DNA from: Zootoca vivipara
Lineage: Eukaryota
NCBI RefSeq assembly: GCF_963506605.1
Contig: NC_083280.1
Location: 81,840,001 to 81,904,000, forward strand
DNA: 64,000 nucleotides
Direction of reading: 5' to 3'
Translations under genes and position numbers: made by a program
The notes under the pieces: generated by a model
What the model saw: only the letters and a program-made list of their open reading frames with translations
Database searches by the model: none
Told to the model about the DNA's origin: nothing
In this document: one piece after another, positions 25,279 through 37,530 of the stretch
Layout: every line of letters starts with the position of its first letter
Numbering within the stretch: position 1 is the first letter of the stretch

Positions 25279-27945
25279 CTACAATAAAAAGGCACATTAT
25301 TACCAAAGGTACCAAGCATCTGCATTCTCACAATTTGATTGCAGGACAGAATATACAATATCACGTACCAAAAGTTCAATAGGCTGCTGTTGTTTGTCCC
25401 TGACATATCCACTTTCCCTCAATGGCACTAGGATGGCTTGCCTGCTACCCACAATGGATCCCCCAATTTTCCTTCAACCTGTGCTCCCAAGTTTATTGGC
25501 ACCCATGTCATGTTGGGGAGAGCTATGGCCACTCCCTTGCAGCCAGGATGTCCTCTACAAAGCTGCACCATAGGGGTGTTTCATAAATATTCCCTGCATA
25601 CAGGTTGTACTTGTGGAACATATTTTTGGGGGGGGGGGTGAGAACAGGCACCTACGTATGTGAATCCCTACACAAGCATGACAATAATATACTCTCGTTT
25701 TGTAGTGGGCAGATCATGTGTGTGTGGTGCTGCCTGCATAGGAATCTTATTCAAAAGTTCTTACATGCAATAGTCAAGTGTGGGTGTTTAGTTCCACAGA
25801 AGCAGGTTAAAAAAGAAAAAAAAGTGAAGGAATGAAGGAACTCCAGGTGCTACAAATTAACATTTATTTGAGCTCACAGCAAATGCTATTTGTAGCATGT
25901 GGAATTTCCACTTCCTTTTTCTTTTCTTTTTGCCTGCTAATTGTGCCACTCCATTTCTGTGGCCATTCCACTGTAGCATTGCATGTACAGTCTATGTAGC
26001 AGGGCTTTGAGCAACCCTACCATTAGCCCATACTACAAGGGTGGCCAATGTCGCTCTTCTCCAGGTGTTGCTGGACTCCAACTGCCATCAGCTCCAGCCA
26101 GCATGGATAGTGGTTAGGGATGATGGCAGCACTGTCTAGCAGCAATGGGTCAGGGGGGGGTACCAGGTTGGCTAGCCCTGCCACAGTCAATAAGCTGTTC
26201 TCTCTTTTATAGCATCCTTTCCCAACCTGGTGCCCCCCAGACATTTTCCCATCAAGACAAAGACAAAGTTTACAAATTACCCTGGCAAATCACAGAGATT
26301 TCTGGGGAAAGCTATTTTGTCAATGGAAAGCTTATAGGCAATGTGCCTTCCATGTGCTGTTTTATCAGCCAAGCATGGTCTCCTATCAGGCTCTCTTCCA
26401 TAGGTCTGAAGAGCCACAGTGGGAGAATGTTACAGAAATATTTATGAATTTTCAAACGACCATCGATCTTGACTAGATTAATGCCAAAAAGCACTATCCT
26501 TGTCCGGTCTTCTAGGTAACACCCCCCCTATCTCAAAAACAGCCTACTTGAAGGATCACCTACTGGATGGCTTTGATCTGTAGAACTTGCACTTCTACCA
26601 GGGCCATATAATAGTCATTCTGCATTATATGCTAGGAGGCAATCTTTCAGTTCAGCAGCGCAATTCTTTGAAACTCCCTGCCTCTTAATATCACACAGGT
26701 ACTCACTATACTGATTTAGATGCCAGCTACAAACATTTTGTTCTCAGCAAGCCTATCTGATTACATAATTTAGTTTTATATATTTGCTTGAAATTTGCTG
26801 ATGTTGTTTGAAGTGGCCCTGTCATTTACAACTAATACCTTATCAGTGCATTGTTTTAATTGGAAGCAATTATTTTCACTCAATGCTGACATGCTCCAAA
26901 GGTATCACTGTATTCTCTTCCTTACCCACCGTTACTGCTGATTAACTGAAACAACCCTAAATCTTAAAGTTTATGTGAAGCTGTCTACATAAACTGCCTG
27001 AGATATTTACTTTCTGTAAGCAAATTGTTTTGCTTGCCACCCCTTTCAGGTAAACTGCACATCTTAATGTGCAATAATATTGTTTGTATGTCAGTATGAA
27101 TATGTAACAGCCCTTATTCTTTATACAGCTTCAGCACTACTGCAGTCTTTGGGGTTTTCTGGGGGCAGCGTGTGCTTCCTGATCCAGCAGAGGGAGCACA
27201 GAAACAGTCAGTGGAGGAAAAGCAAAATTATAATTTGTGTTCCTTATTTGTAGGCGATGCTGAGTATTTATTATAGTGAAGATCTCTGTGTTGCAATAAA
27301 GCGGAGGGTGTGTTGTTCCTTGATCACAGAACCAGGCTCTCTGTTAACATAAGACAAAGAAAGGTTTTGACGTATGTTTACTTTACTGGCCTGGGTGTCC
27401 AGCAAAACAAAGTGAGTTGTTGCAGTTTCTGTCATAAGGGAAGTACAGATTTCTGAGCTAAGGATTCTGCAGGAGAGTAATTAGACAGCCCTAACACAGT
27501 GAAGATGACAGCTACCAGGAACACCACACTAAGGCAATGTACTGGGAGTAATTTTGTTGAGAGGAGATCAGAATCAACTGGGAACAGTGAAGAGAGCTCA
27601 GACAAGCCCTGGGTCAAATCATACCAATGAATACAAAGACAACTTAAAAAAAGAGGAAGTATATAGTTAAAAGGTTAGATTGGAAGGGATCTTTTAAGCA
27701 CAAAACAAACCACAGGTTTCCAGGAAAGCAGATGTGGGGGAAATGGACTAGTGAAGAGCTAGGAAGTAGAAGGGAACAGTGGAAATGTTTCAAGCCAAAA
27801 AGGGGCCAGGGAAAGATATTAACACAAGAGAAGCAACACCAGGTCCTGGAAAGCAAGAAGTTTTGCAGCTGCGAAAAGATACAAAACCAACAGTTGGAAA
27901 ACATTTAGATTTTGTTCAGAAAAATTATAATGGTGGAAGGGGTAG

Positions 27946-28395
27946 TGTCAGGGGTACACCAGGAATCAGCGCGGAGCCCAGTGGAAAGGTGCCTGAGCTC
28001 CAGGATGATGTCAGAGGCTCTCGCAGTGGAGAGGGGGATGCTGACAGCTCACAGGAGCACTGGGGAAGGTCAGAAGTGTCGGACCAGAGTATGGTGGAAG
28101 GGGAGACGTAGGCTCGACAGTTAAGCAGTTCAGGGGGAGAGGGGAATATGCCCGCCCCTTCATCCCAGGTGCATAGGAGGGACAAACGGCGGGAACAGAA
28201 GCACAGGTTGAGAGCACTAAAGTTCCTTTGTTGGAAACGTTCCCGCCAAGCGGCACTTCCGGATTCTGACTTGGGCTAGACGGTCATGTTCTTTTTTGCT
28301 CTGTCTTGTACATATGTATATAATAAAACTCTGTAAAAACCTATTACGGAGTTTGGAACGCGTTTCTCGTGAGAAAGCAACACAGCGCCCTGACA
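27946..28395 (+). mobile_element. Solo LTR (Gypsy-like), 450 bp
   Basis: TGTCAGGG ... CCCTGACA termini, 5-bp TSD GGTAG / GGTGG, AATAAA at 28322, CpG-rich relative to flanks. Confidence 0.8.
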
Positions 28396-31059
28396 GGTGG
28401 GGACAGACACTCCTAGCCTCAACCTCTCTGGCACACTTTCCTCTTTCTCCAGTAGCAGCACGATATCTTGATTTTATTGCTTTCTTGGTGTGTTTTATTA
28501 TGTGCATTGATCCTTGTTCTTGCCCCTGGATGGTTATTTTTAAGGGTGAGATATAAATGCATTAAATAAATAAATGCCACTTCTTTACCTCATGAAAGGG
28601 CCCAGAAGAAGCATGGCCAGGATGCTCCACAGAGGTTATTTCATCTCACCTCAGGTGGCAGCAACAGTGAGGCCTATCATCTGCCCATCACTTCCAATAC
28701 AGCTTAAAGGTGTGGTTCTTCCTGAGTAGTGAGGACAGGAAATGCACCTGGAACACCCCACTGTGTGGCTTCCAACTTCCTATGACTAAGAAAATTGGTC
28801 AACCATCTTCAGCAGGTGCCCAGGCAAAGTGGGCCAAAGGATGGCAACACACAGCCACATTTGCAACCGTCACAATTTCCCTGCACACTGTGTATCCAGA
28901 CAGGCTTCTATAGCACAGGGCAGAACACCCTTAATCCAGCCCCACACCCTTAATCCAGCCCCACAAGTCACTCTGCAGGGACACAATGCTGTGCTTGACA
29001 CAGGGTAACTGCCCACAAACAAGCTCAGAAACATATGGATCCAAAACGGATGCTTTCTGCAATTCCAACTACTCAGAAAAAAAAACGCCCACAAGCTAAG
29101 CCCCCTTAAAATGAGAGACATTCATCTGAGGGACAGCATACCCAGGAACAAAAGTGTGAAGGATCCAGGACACAGATTGAAGGAACATCATTTTTGTATT
29201 GCAAGAGTAAATATCAAATCTCTCCTAAGACAGCCTCATATAAAGGCTAGAAGAGGTGTAGCCAATTCTTTCAGCAACCTGCATGTCCTCAGAGAGGCCC
29301 TGCTAGGATATTGCAGGATCTGGTTCTCGGGTGCTTACCCAGAGAGAGGAAAGCAGGCAAGCAGTTAATAAGGGCCTGTTAGCACATGTTAGACTTGGCA
29401 CCAAGAGAACAGGTGGTGTTCCAGAAGAGTGGAGCTTCAGAGGCCTTCCAAAAAATCTGCCCTGAATACCTAGAGGCTTACAAGGATATATTTCTAGTTG
29501 CACAAATCATTGCTCCAAGCAGGGTTGCCAGTTAGCTACCCAGAAATTTGCTCAGACCCTTTAAAATTACTCATGAAGCATTTGCAGCTTCTCCTGTCTC
29601 TGACTCTGTCCCTCTCCCTATTCCTTTCATTCCCTGCCCAGAGACACACACCCCCTTCCCACATTTGCCTTCCTGGCTCTGTGGCAGGCCAGGATTGTAA
29701 TTGCAGTTTAAAACAATTCTTTCCCTGCACCCCTATTTCTAAGTCGTTATCATCATCATCATCATCTTCATATTAACGGTAGACAAGACAAAGGGGAGGG
29801 AGGGGGTAGCTTGTGTGCAAAGAAGAAAAGGGCTGGGAAAGTGGTCTGTGCTAGCATATAAAACTTTAAGTGACCATTAAAGGGGAGGGGGCTGCCAGCC
29901 AACCACTCCTCTTAGATGCTGTCCCCCAGTGATTGATGATGAGGCCTAGAGACTGTGAGGAGCCTGGTATGTCTCTAGGGGTAGCACATGGCCTGGGGAC
30001 CCTTTACAGGGCTTTGATCCTATAAGCCTACAGTGGATAACCATTCCCCTCATCCCAGAGCAGACACCTTGCCTCCTGGTGGTCCCCATGGCTCTCAAAT
30101 GCAACTTCTGAAACTTTTAACCTTCTCCTTCTCTTTCCCAAAACAAATTCTGAAAAGAGGCTCAGAGCTGAAAGGGAAAAGGATTCCCAGTGGACAAAAG
30201 TCTCCATTATTTTCTTCTGGTTATTTAGCTCACCCTATAAAGTGTTTAGTTGAGAAGATTTAGCTTGGTGGAATATGCTCAAATAGTCATCTTCAGACCT
30301 GCATGTCAATATTCAGGGTAAGCAGCATGCGGAAAACATGTTTTTCTGAAAAGGCAGTTGGTGTTAGCTAAACTGGGTAGCCAAGTTATTAAGTTTCAGA
30401 AAGTACAGAGCAGCAGAACAGTGAATCAATCTAGTACTAGACCTTTTGTGCATTCCTGCCTCTTAGCACACCTATCGCCCACACATTTCTGCCACTACAG
30501 ATAGCTTTCGTGTCCTTGTCTGGCAGAGGAGAAAGTTCATACTAAGCTGGTGGAACAGGTTTTTAATGCCCTGTTGGCAAGGTGCTAATGGATGCAATGC
30601 TAACACTTCCCTCCTGTCGTAGGCTGAATAATATTTATTTATAATGTACTGGCTCATGGCAGAAGACTTTAAAAAAACCATATATTTTTTGTATTTTAGT
30701 TTACATAGGTATATGATTATATATAAACATACTGGAAAATACATAAACATATTTCCCCCCAGCATCCTCCACTGGGTATAATGTGCCTACGCTTATCACT
30801 TGTGGCACATTTATGTTTTTGACAGAAAAAAGAAACAAGTTTCTTTCAATATTCAAAAATCTGCAATAATCTTTTTATTCAATACAGGTGGTGAGACAAT
30901 TGGCTGTCTACATGAATGAACTGAAAAATACATGAAGACTGAACAGCAATCATTATACATATCTGGGGAACCTATGGAACTACAGGTGGGGTTGAATTCC
31001 AACTCCAACAGACCCAGATCGTGTGATCATCATCTGAGGCCCTTCTTCATGTGCCTTCT

Positions 31060-31215
31060 CCACAAGAGGTTTAGAGGGTGGCAACATGAGAATGGGCGTT
31101 TTCTACAATGGCTCCCCACTTGTGGAATGCTCTCCCTAAGGAGGCTTGCCTGGCACCTTCATTACATATCTTTAGGTGCCAGGCAAAAACGTTTCTCTTG
31201 AACCAGGCCTTTGGC
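31060..31215 (+). mobile_element. Old L2 3' fragment
   Basis: gtggcaacatgagaatgggcgttttct..gctccccacttgtggaatgctctccc resembles L2 RAFS..AP.LWN.LP. Confidence 0.5.
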
Positions 31216-32714
31216 TGATTAACTATGGCCTTTTAAAATCAGGTGGGATGTTTTTAGAGTATTTCTTTTTTGGTTTGATATATCTATGTGGGGTTTTGTG
31301 TCTGTCTGGTTGCTTGGCTTCATCTTATAAACCTAGATAAAAAAGGTAGATGATGGTGATGATTTATTATTTGTATCCCACCCATCTGAATGGATTGCCC
31401 AATCATACGGGCATATATGCTTTCTTTCTTTTCTTTTTTTAAAGTCCTCTTCTTGCAGGTCACAATTAAAGATGGATTCTGTGATTGAAAGTGCTGTAGA
31501 TCAGTCCTAAAAGGGACCAAATCTGGGTTTGAATGACCCCCCAAGAGAAATTACAGAGCAGGGATGCCTTACCAGGAAAAATAAATATGCGATATTTCAC
31601 TTCAGGGTTTGGGGTATTTGAAATTCAGATTTTGTGTACGTCTCTATTTTGAGTGCATTTATATTCCTTTCTCCCCAAAATGTTTCTGCTCTAATTAAAA
31701 GACAAAAATGCCTAGCAAATTACACCTAAATCCCCCTCACGCTGGTATGGATTAAAATGCAACAAATCCTGAATACAAATAATGTAAGATATCCTTAAAT
31801 TCTACTCAAAATTTGTACTTTTTGTACTATAAGGAGGCTGATATTGAACAACTATAAACATTGAAATTGGGTGAAGGAGATGCTGTCATTTATTTGTGGA
31901 GCATCAGTGTATTAATAGTATTACTCCCTTGTCAGGCAGGGCACAGCTCAAATAAGCAGAGCTGGGAGTAAGGCATTAGAGCTTTACGGAAAGTGCTACA
32001 AGGTTAACACAAGGGAATATTTACAAGGGAATAAAGACAGGCCTTTCAATTCAACAGGAAGAAACCTTTGGGAGAGAATGCCCCTAGCCTGGGAGTTAGG
32101 TGATTGGGAGGAACCAACCATGTGCACATTTCTCCCTAAGCAGTGCAACTCCTCTTCAGACTGAGCAGCAGACAGATCACAGAGGAAAGATATTTAGCAG
32201 TCCCTCAGCTGCCTGCCACTTAAATATGCTCACTTAATTGCGACCCATTGCCCTGCCTTTCTGGGTCCCAAAAAGACTATGACATTAAGTACCTGGCACT
32301 CATTTGGTTTCCAAGCTTAGCAGCAATGTGTGCTTTCTGCATGAAAAAAGTAATAGTAGTAGTACAGGTCCCTGAAGTCCAGTTCCAGCAACCCAGAGAG
32401 GGAAAGCAGTGAGAATGGTTTGTTATGAAAGAGGGAGTTATCAAAGAATCCTTTGGAGTCACATAGCCTGTGTTCCTGCCTCTCCTCCAGGCAGCAGAGA
32501 AGGTTCAGGAAATTAATTTTACTGGAGTGTTGACACTCTAGCCGGTTTGTGACTCAAAAGAATGCCCAAACATTTAATAAGCAGCTGCATTTAATCAAAT
32601 TTCCCACATCCCCTAGGTGTGGGCTAACTATGAAGTCCCTTGCCTCAAATTATTGGATGGTCCACAGATTGGCATGGTGCTACATCTAAATCTGTACTGT
32701 GTTCCCCAAGAATG

Positions 32715-32997
32715 GAAGAAGAAGAGGAGGAGGAGGAGGAGGAGGAGGAGGAGGAGGAGGAGGAGGAGGAGTTTGGATTTGATATCCTGCTTTATCACTA
32801 CCCGAAGGAGTCTCAAAGCGGCTAACAATCTCCTTTCCCCGCCTCCCCCACAACAGACACCCTGTGAGGTGGGTGGGGCTGAGAGACTTCAGAGAAGCGT
32901 GACTAGCCCAAGGTCACCCAGCAGCTGCATGTGGAGGAGCGGAGATGCGAACCCGGTCCCCCAAATTAGGAGTCTACCGCTCTTAACCACTACACCA
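32715..32997 (-). mobile_element. tRNA-derived CORE-type SINE (Squam3-like) with long (CTC)n tail
   Basis: Minus strand tggtgtagtggttaagagcggtagactcctaatttgggggaccgggttcgcatctcc (A/B boxes). (GAG)n of about 16 units on +. Confidence 0.88.
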
Positions 32998-33299
32998 AGC
33001 AAGTTTCCTTTCTTCTCTCCTACACAATTGTAGAAAGTCCTATCTTACAGTACTAGTTAAAATACTGATGATTATACACTAGCCTTTTAAAATTCAGGGA
33101 TCAGAGGTGCTGTTCTGTTTTGTAATAAAGGGAAAAGGGATTCGACATACATATTGGAGGATCTCACCAACTCTCTCTCTTGCCTGAGAAAATTTCACAT
33201 TTAAAATTGAAAGAAACCCTTCCTACACTAACAATGCTTTAGCAGTGTGGTGAAAGTGAAAAGAGAGGGGAGGATAGAGGGGATTTTCCCCCCCTCATA

Positions 33300-33690
33300 A
33301 GTTTGGGAGGTTGGGGTTCATCCATTGAAAGGGATTGTCAGAAGATGAAGGACAGACAAAAGGAAGAGTTTTTACAGTGCACAATAAATTCTGGAATTCA
33401 CTGCCAAAAGATGTGGCGGTGGCCACTAACTTGGATGGCTGTTAAAGTGGATCCAGGGAGGGTGGATTTATCCATGGCTGCTAATTATGATAGCCAAATG
33501 CTATCTTCCAGTTGAAAGGTAGCATGCCAATGAATATCAGTTGTTGAGGGACAGCAACAAAAAGAAGTTCATTCCCCCCACGTCCTATTTGTGAACTTCC
33601 AATAGGCATCTGGTTGGCCACAGTGGGAAACAGGATGTGGAACTCCATGGACCTTTGGTCTGATCCAGCAGGGCTTTTCCTAGTGTATAG
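33300..33690 (+). mobile_element. Old CR1-like 3' region
   Basis: aattctggaattcactgcca..gatgtgg, and 3' ggacctttggtctgatccagcagggct. Confidence 0.5.
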
Positions 33691-36600
33691 ACAGCAGGCA
33701 CAAGGACCCAGTGGAAGCCAAAGAGGGTACCAGCCAAAGCAATGCAAAATGCTCCATGGCCATGCCACCATCTTGCCATTTCCTTATGGGTTGAAACAGG
33801 AATAAGTAATGTGGGGTTATAAAACAGTGCAAATCCTGAGAACTTGTCCTTTGCAGAAAAACTGTGCAAGATGCTGTCCTGTGATAGTCTTATATGACCC
33901 CTGAACTGGATTGTCTCCTGGTAACGGGAAAGACCACAAGACTAAGGAACCTAGTTTTGAATCAAGAATCTACCCTAGATTGAACAAGGCCTGTGGATGC
34001 ACAGATCCTTTGAGTCTACTTCAAACATGGAAGGAAATAGTTTTGTGCAGCAATAACCCTTTCAATTAGCAGGCAGTGTCAAGCCTTTGGATTGACCAAG
34101 CCTACTACATATATTCTAGCAGGATCCTGTGCTTTTGTATTGTCAACAAAGCAGAGTTTTCTGTTGGACTTGGGGATCCCGAACCATATTTAGGCTGGCC
34201 TTGACACAGATTCTTAACTAGAATACCTACAGAAGCTCTTTTTCCTTCGACTCATGTGAATGTAGTGACACTTGCCCAGTTCAGCTTAGTTGGCACAAAT
34301 ACTTCGTGGGCATGAACATTCTGCTTGTGTCACATCAGGCTTCTCTTCGGCAGGGCTGATGGAATGCCCCAAAGGCTTGTTTGTTGAGAGCAGAAGTCAC
34401 CTTCAGAGGTTTTGGTTTTTTTCAATCCCCACAATAGATGGAATAAGAAACTGTAGGCAGGAGGAGTCCTTCAGAATTAACACTTAAAAGCAAAAAAAAA
34501 ACTGCTAGTGCAGGTGACTCATCAGCTAGTTTGGCAACTTTTGTTGCTTTGAGAATCAGTGATGGATGGATGACCAAGAAAGAAAGCCCAAATCTGCATG
34601 AACAAGGTTGATATGAAAGTCTAACAAGGGGAAGGGCAAGAGTGTTTCAGTGTCTTCTTAAACAGATTATTGCTACATAACAGCACTTAACCACCCACCT
34701 AAGTGTGAGCCTCGGTTTTAATTTTCAAATGAAAGTATCACTCATAGGTGCATAAATGCTGAGGCAAGATTAGACTTGCTTGTTTTTAACCATTCAGTTT
34801 CTCTTTCTCTCTCTGGTGAAATGCAATAAGCGTAACTTTGACACCAAAATTATTACCCTTCAAAACACAGAGGGTGCTTTTAACTTTGCACATAGCAATT
34901 ATAGGCAATTGTTATTTTAAAGTGTGAAGGAGGACAAAAATATCCAAAAGACAAACTTGTTTGATTGAAGGATTCCAGTCTGGGAGAGTTTTGCCTGCAG
35001 ACAAGCCAAGCACCATCTCTCTCTCCCCCCCTTTCCTTTTAAAACACACTTGCTAAATCTATCTCAATTTCAACTCAACAAAAAAAGTAGAATCTAGAAT
35101 CAGTAATGCTAAAAACCTTTAAATACTAAGATAAGACCTCAATACAACTAACAGGAAGTTTACCAACACAGGGGAAAGATAATGAGTGGAAGGAAGAGAG
35201 AAATATATACTTGACTGGACATTAGGAATATGCAACTTGTTAATTCTCTCTGAAAGGTTTCATGTCACTGTTATAAAACAGATATTACTTATTATTTCTT
35301 TCTCGTGTTATTGTTTTAAGTGCACACACCTCTCTGCGTCAACTGCTGTGCTTATCCAAATAGGTAAACCAAAATGTGTGGTAACAATACGCATCCTTCA
35401 GGTACAATATATGCATTCCATCCCCAAGCTGCAATCACACAAACTCACACACCCAGATGGCTGTCATGGAGTCCTTTGTATATAGCAAAAGCATCCAAGA
35501 CAGATGGTACCTGAAAAAGCAGGTCCTCGTAAATACAAAGACCAATAACACAATTTCCATAAGGCACATGTATGTAGTGCATTCACTAACATCATATGCA
35601 TATTCCAATTCTCCTGCGTCAGCCTGCTAAATAAACAACTTTGCAGTGATGAGCAGGAGGTCAGGCAACTTCCAAACAGTCCAGACTCCTTGGAAATGAT
35701 GAATTTACACAATTCCTAAGCGTCTTCACTAACTCAAGTGATGAAGCGCTTGATGAGGGCTGAGTATCCAAAAGAAACTCACCACTCAACTGATTGCCCC
35801 AACATCTTGGCTACAAGAATACATGTGGGAAATAGGAGTTGAGCTTCATAACCAGGGGGTGAGTGGCCAGATGCAGACATTCCATCCCCAGGACCCCAAC
35901 ATGCAATTTGTTCAATTATAACAGATGATATTCAGAACTCTCTTCAAGTGATTTATCAAAGGAGAAGTTACGCAACTTGTCCCTTGACTGGTAGCCCTGC
36001 ATATACATTCCAAGACAGGAAGGGAAAGCTTTAGGATACGATCCTGGGGCTTCCCTTCCTAATGAAATGCTGTCAGCTTGAAGAAATAGAATTTATGAAG
36101 AACTGACAATCCAATGAGACAGCTAGAAAGCACAGAAAATACTATAGGGTTGTTGTATGCCAATTTCCGTCCTTGGTCATGAAAATAATGGCTTGGGCCT
36201 CAAATGCTGCAGTATAGCTAGAGGTAAAGCAGACCAACAAAGAACGGAAAGAGTAGGGGTTCATTAGCCCACAAAATGCCAAGGTGCCTTGGAAAATCAT
36301 GAACATCACCAAAATAAGTGTACTCCTATACTAGCATTCTATCTTATAGTCCATCTAAGTTACTAACGGGGTGGCCTCTGCTAACTGACAAGTATTTCTC
36401 TGCAAAGAATCCTATCCCACATCTCAAAAAGATCTGCTATATATTACAGGTTGTCAATTCCTGATAGATTCTACTGCAGAAAGAGTGTGAAGGCAAAGTT
36501 CATTTACCAGCCATGCCTCAGGGGTTTTTAACTACGCTTTCAAGGTTTTAGCCCTCTTCTCGCGATTTCCAGGAGAAGAAGTTATATATCAAGAGCGAGA

Positions 36601-37419
36601 AGCCAGAAGCAATGGAAGCAAGCTTCCTCTTCCAGCTACATTCTTCTGGTCTTTCCCCCACTTTCTGCAGAAGAGGCAGGTGTAAATACCGATGAAATGA
36701 ACAAAAGCAACTTAAAAAAATATAGCAGAGGCGACAATGAGCCTGCTCTGAGCAACATTAGGAAAGCTACGCGGCTCTGATGTTACTTGTACAGTACTCT
36801 CAGGATCTGAGCTTAAATGGCCTGAAAACCCTACAATTTACCCACTCTCAAGATTCCATAGTCCCTGGTGAACTGGAGGTTTCTGTTTTGTTTTTGTTAG
36901 TACTAAAATATAATGTTCGCGTTTTATGCTTCTAATTGGTTTTGGGGAGACATTAATTTGTAATTTTTTTGCAAACACTACAAAATTGCTTATGTTCAGA
37001 ACTCTTATTTTTAAAAGAAATTATTTAAAGACATCCCAACTTGCTGCAGTTTGTCCAAGAAGTTTTACTCTTTTATGGGGGCTCTGAAAACAAAGCTTTT
37101 CCTGAGATTTTCAATGAGAGAACAGAGTGCCTCTTTCACTCTGGCTGTCTCACCTACCGGAAAACTCATGTCAATGACAATTTGCCACAGGAAAGCAAGA
37201 TGCTGAGCCTGACAGTAAAAAGCAGTTGTGAAAACCTGTGGTGCTAGCTTCAACCTGCTATCATTCTCTCTATACACAAATGTAGAGTAACATTGCCGTT
37301 TTCAACAAGGAACCTGAACAGATGGCAAGCCGGGTATTACATGCATGCTCCAGAGCAAGGCTTCTCAAAGAGTCACAGCAGGCCCCTCTAAACCGGAGAA
37401 ACAGTGCAGAAAAAGTAAA

Positions 37420-37530
37420 GATAATTAAGGCCAATTCACGTGACCGTTTGTGGGGGGACGCCTTATTTTCCACCGAGGCTGTTTTTTAGCCAGCTTAGCT
37501 AAACGTAAAGATGGCGAAGAAATCCTTTCA
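37420..37530. promoter_or_regulatory. Motif-dense unique element (CCAAT, E-box, YY1-like)
   Basis: CCAAT 37431-37435, TCACGTGAC 37436-37444, AAGATGGCG 37508-37516, with local CpG retention. Confidence 0.3.

Noticed and set aside
27779-28111. 110-aa ORF
   Set aside because: It crosses the solo-LTR boundary and has no gag/pol motifs.
28453-28475. miR-15/16-like seed TAGCAGCACG
   Set aside because: The match stops after 10 nt and no precursor hairpin is evident. I recognised no other conserved miRNA by eye.
28650-28721. Minus-strand exon candidate (also 37154-37208)
   Set aside because: Reasonable splice signals, but indistinguishable from pseudo-exons. The first overlaps decayed repeat-like sequence.
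32617-33033. Poly-Arg/poly-Glu ORFs (also 11620-11992)
   Set aside because: They are translations of the SINE (GAG)n tail.
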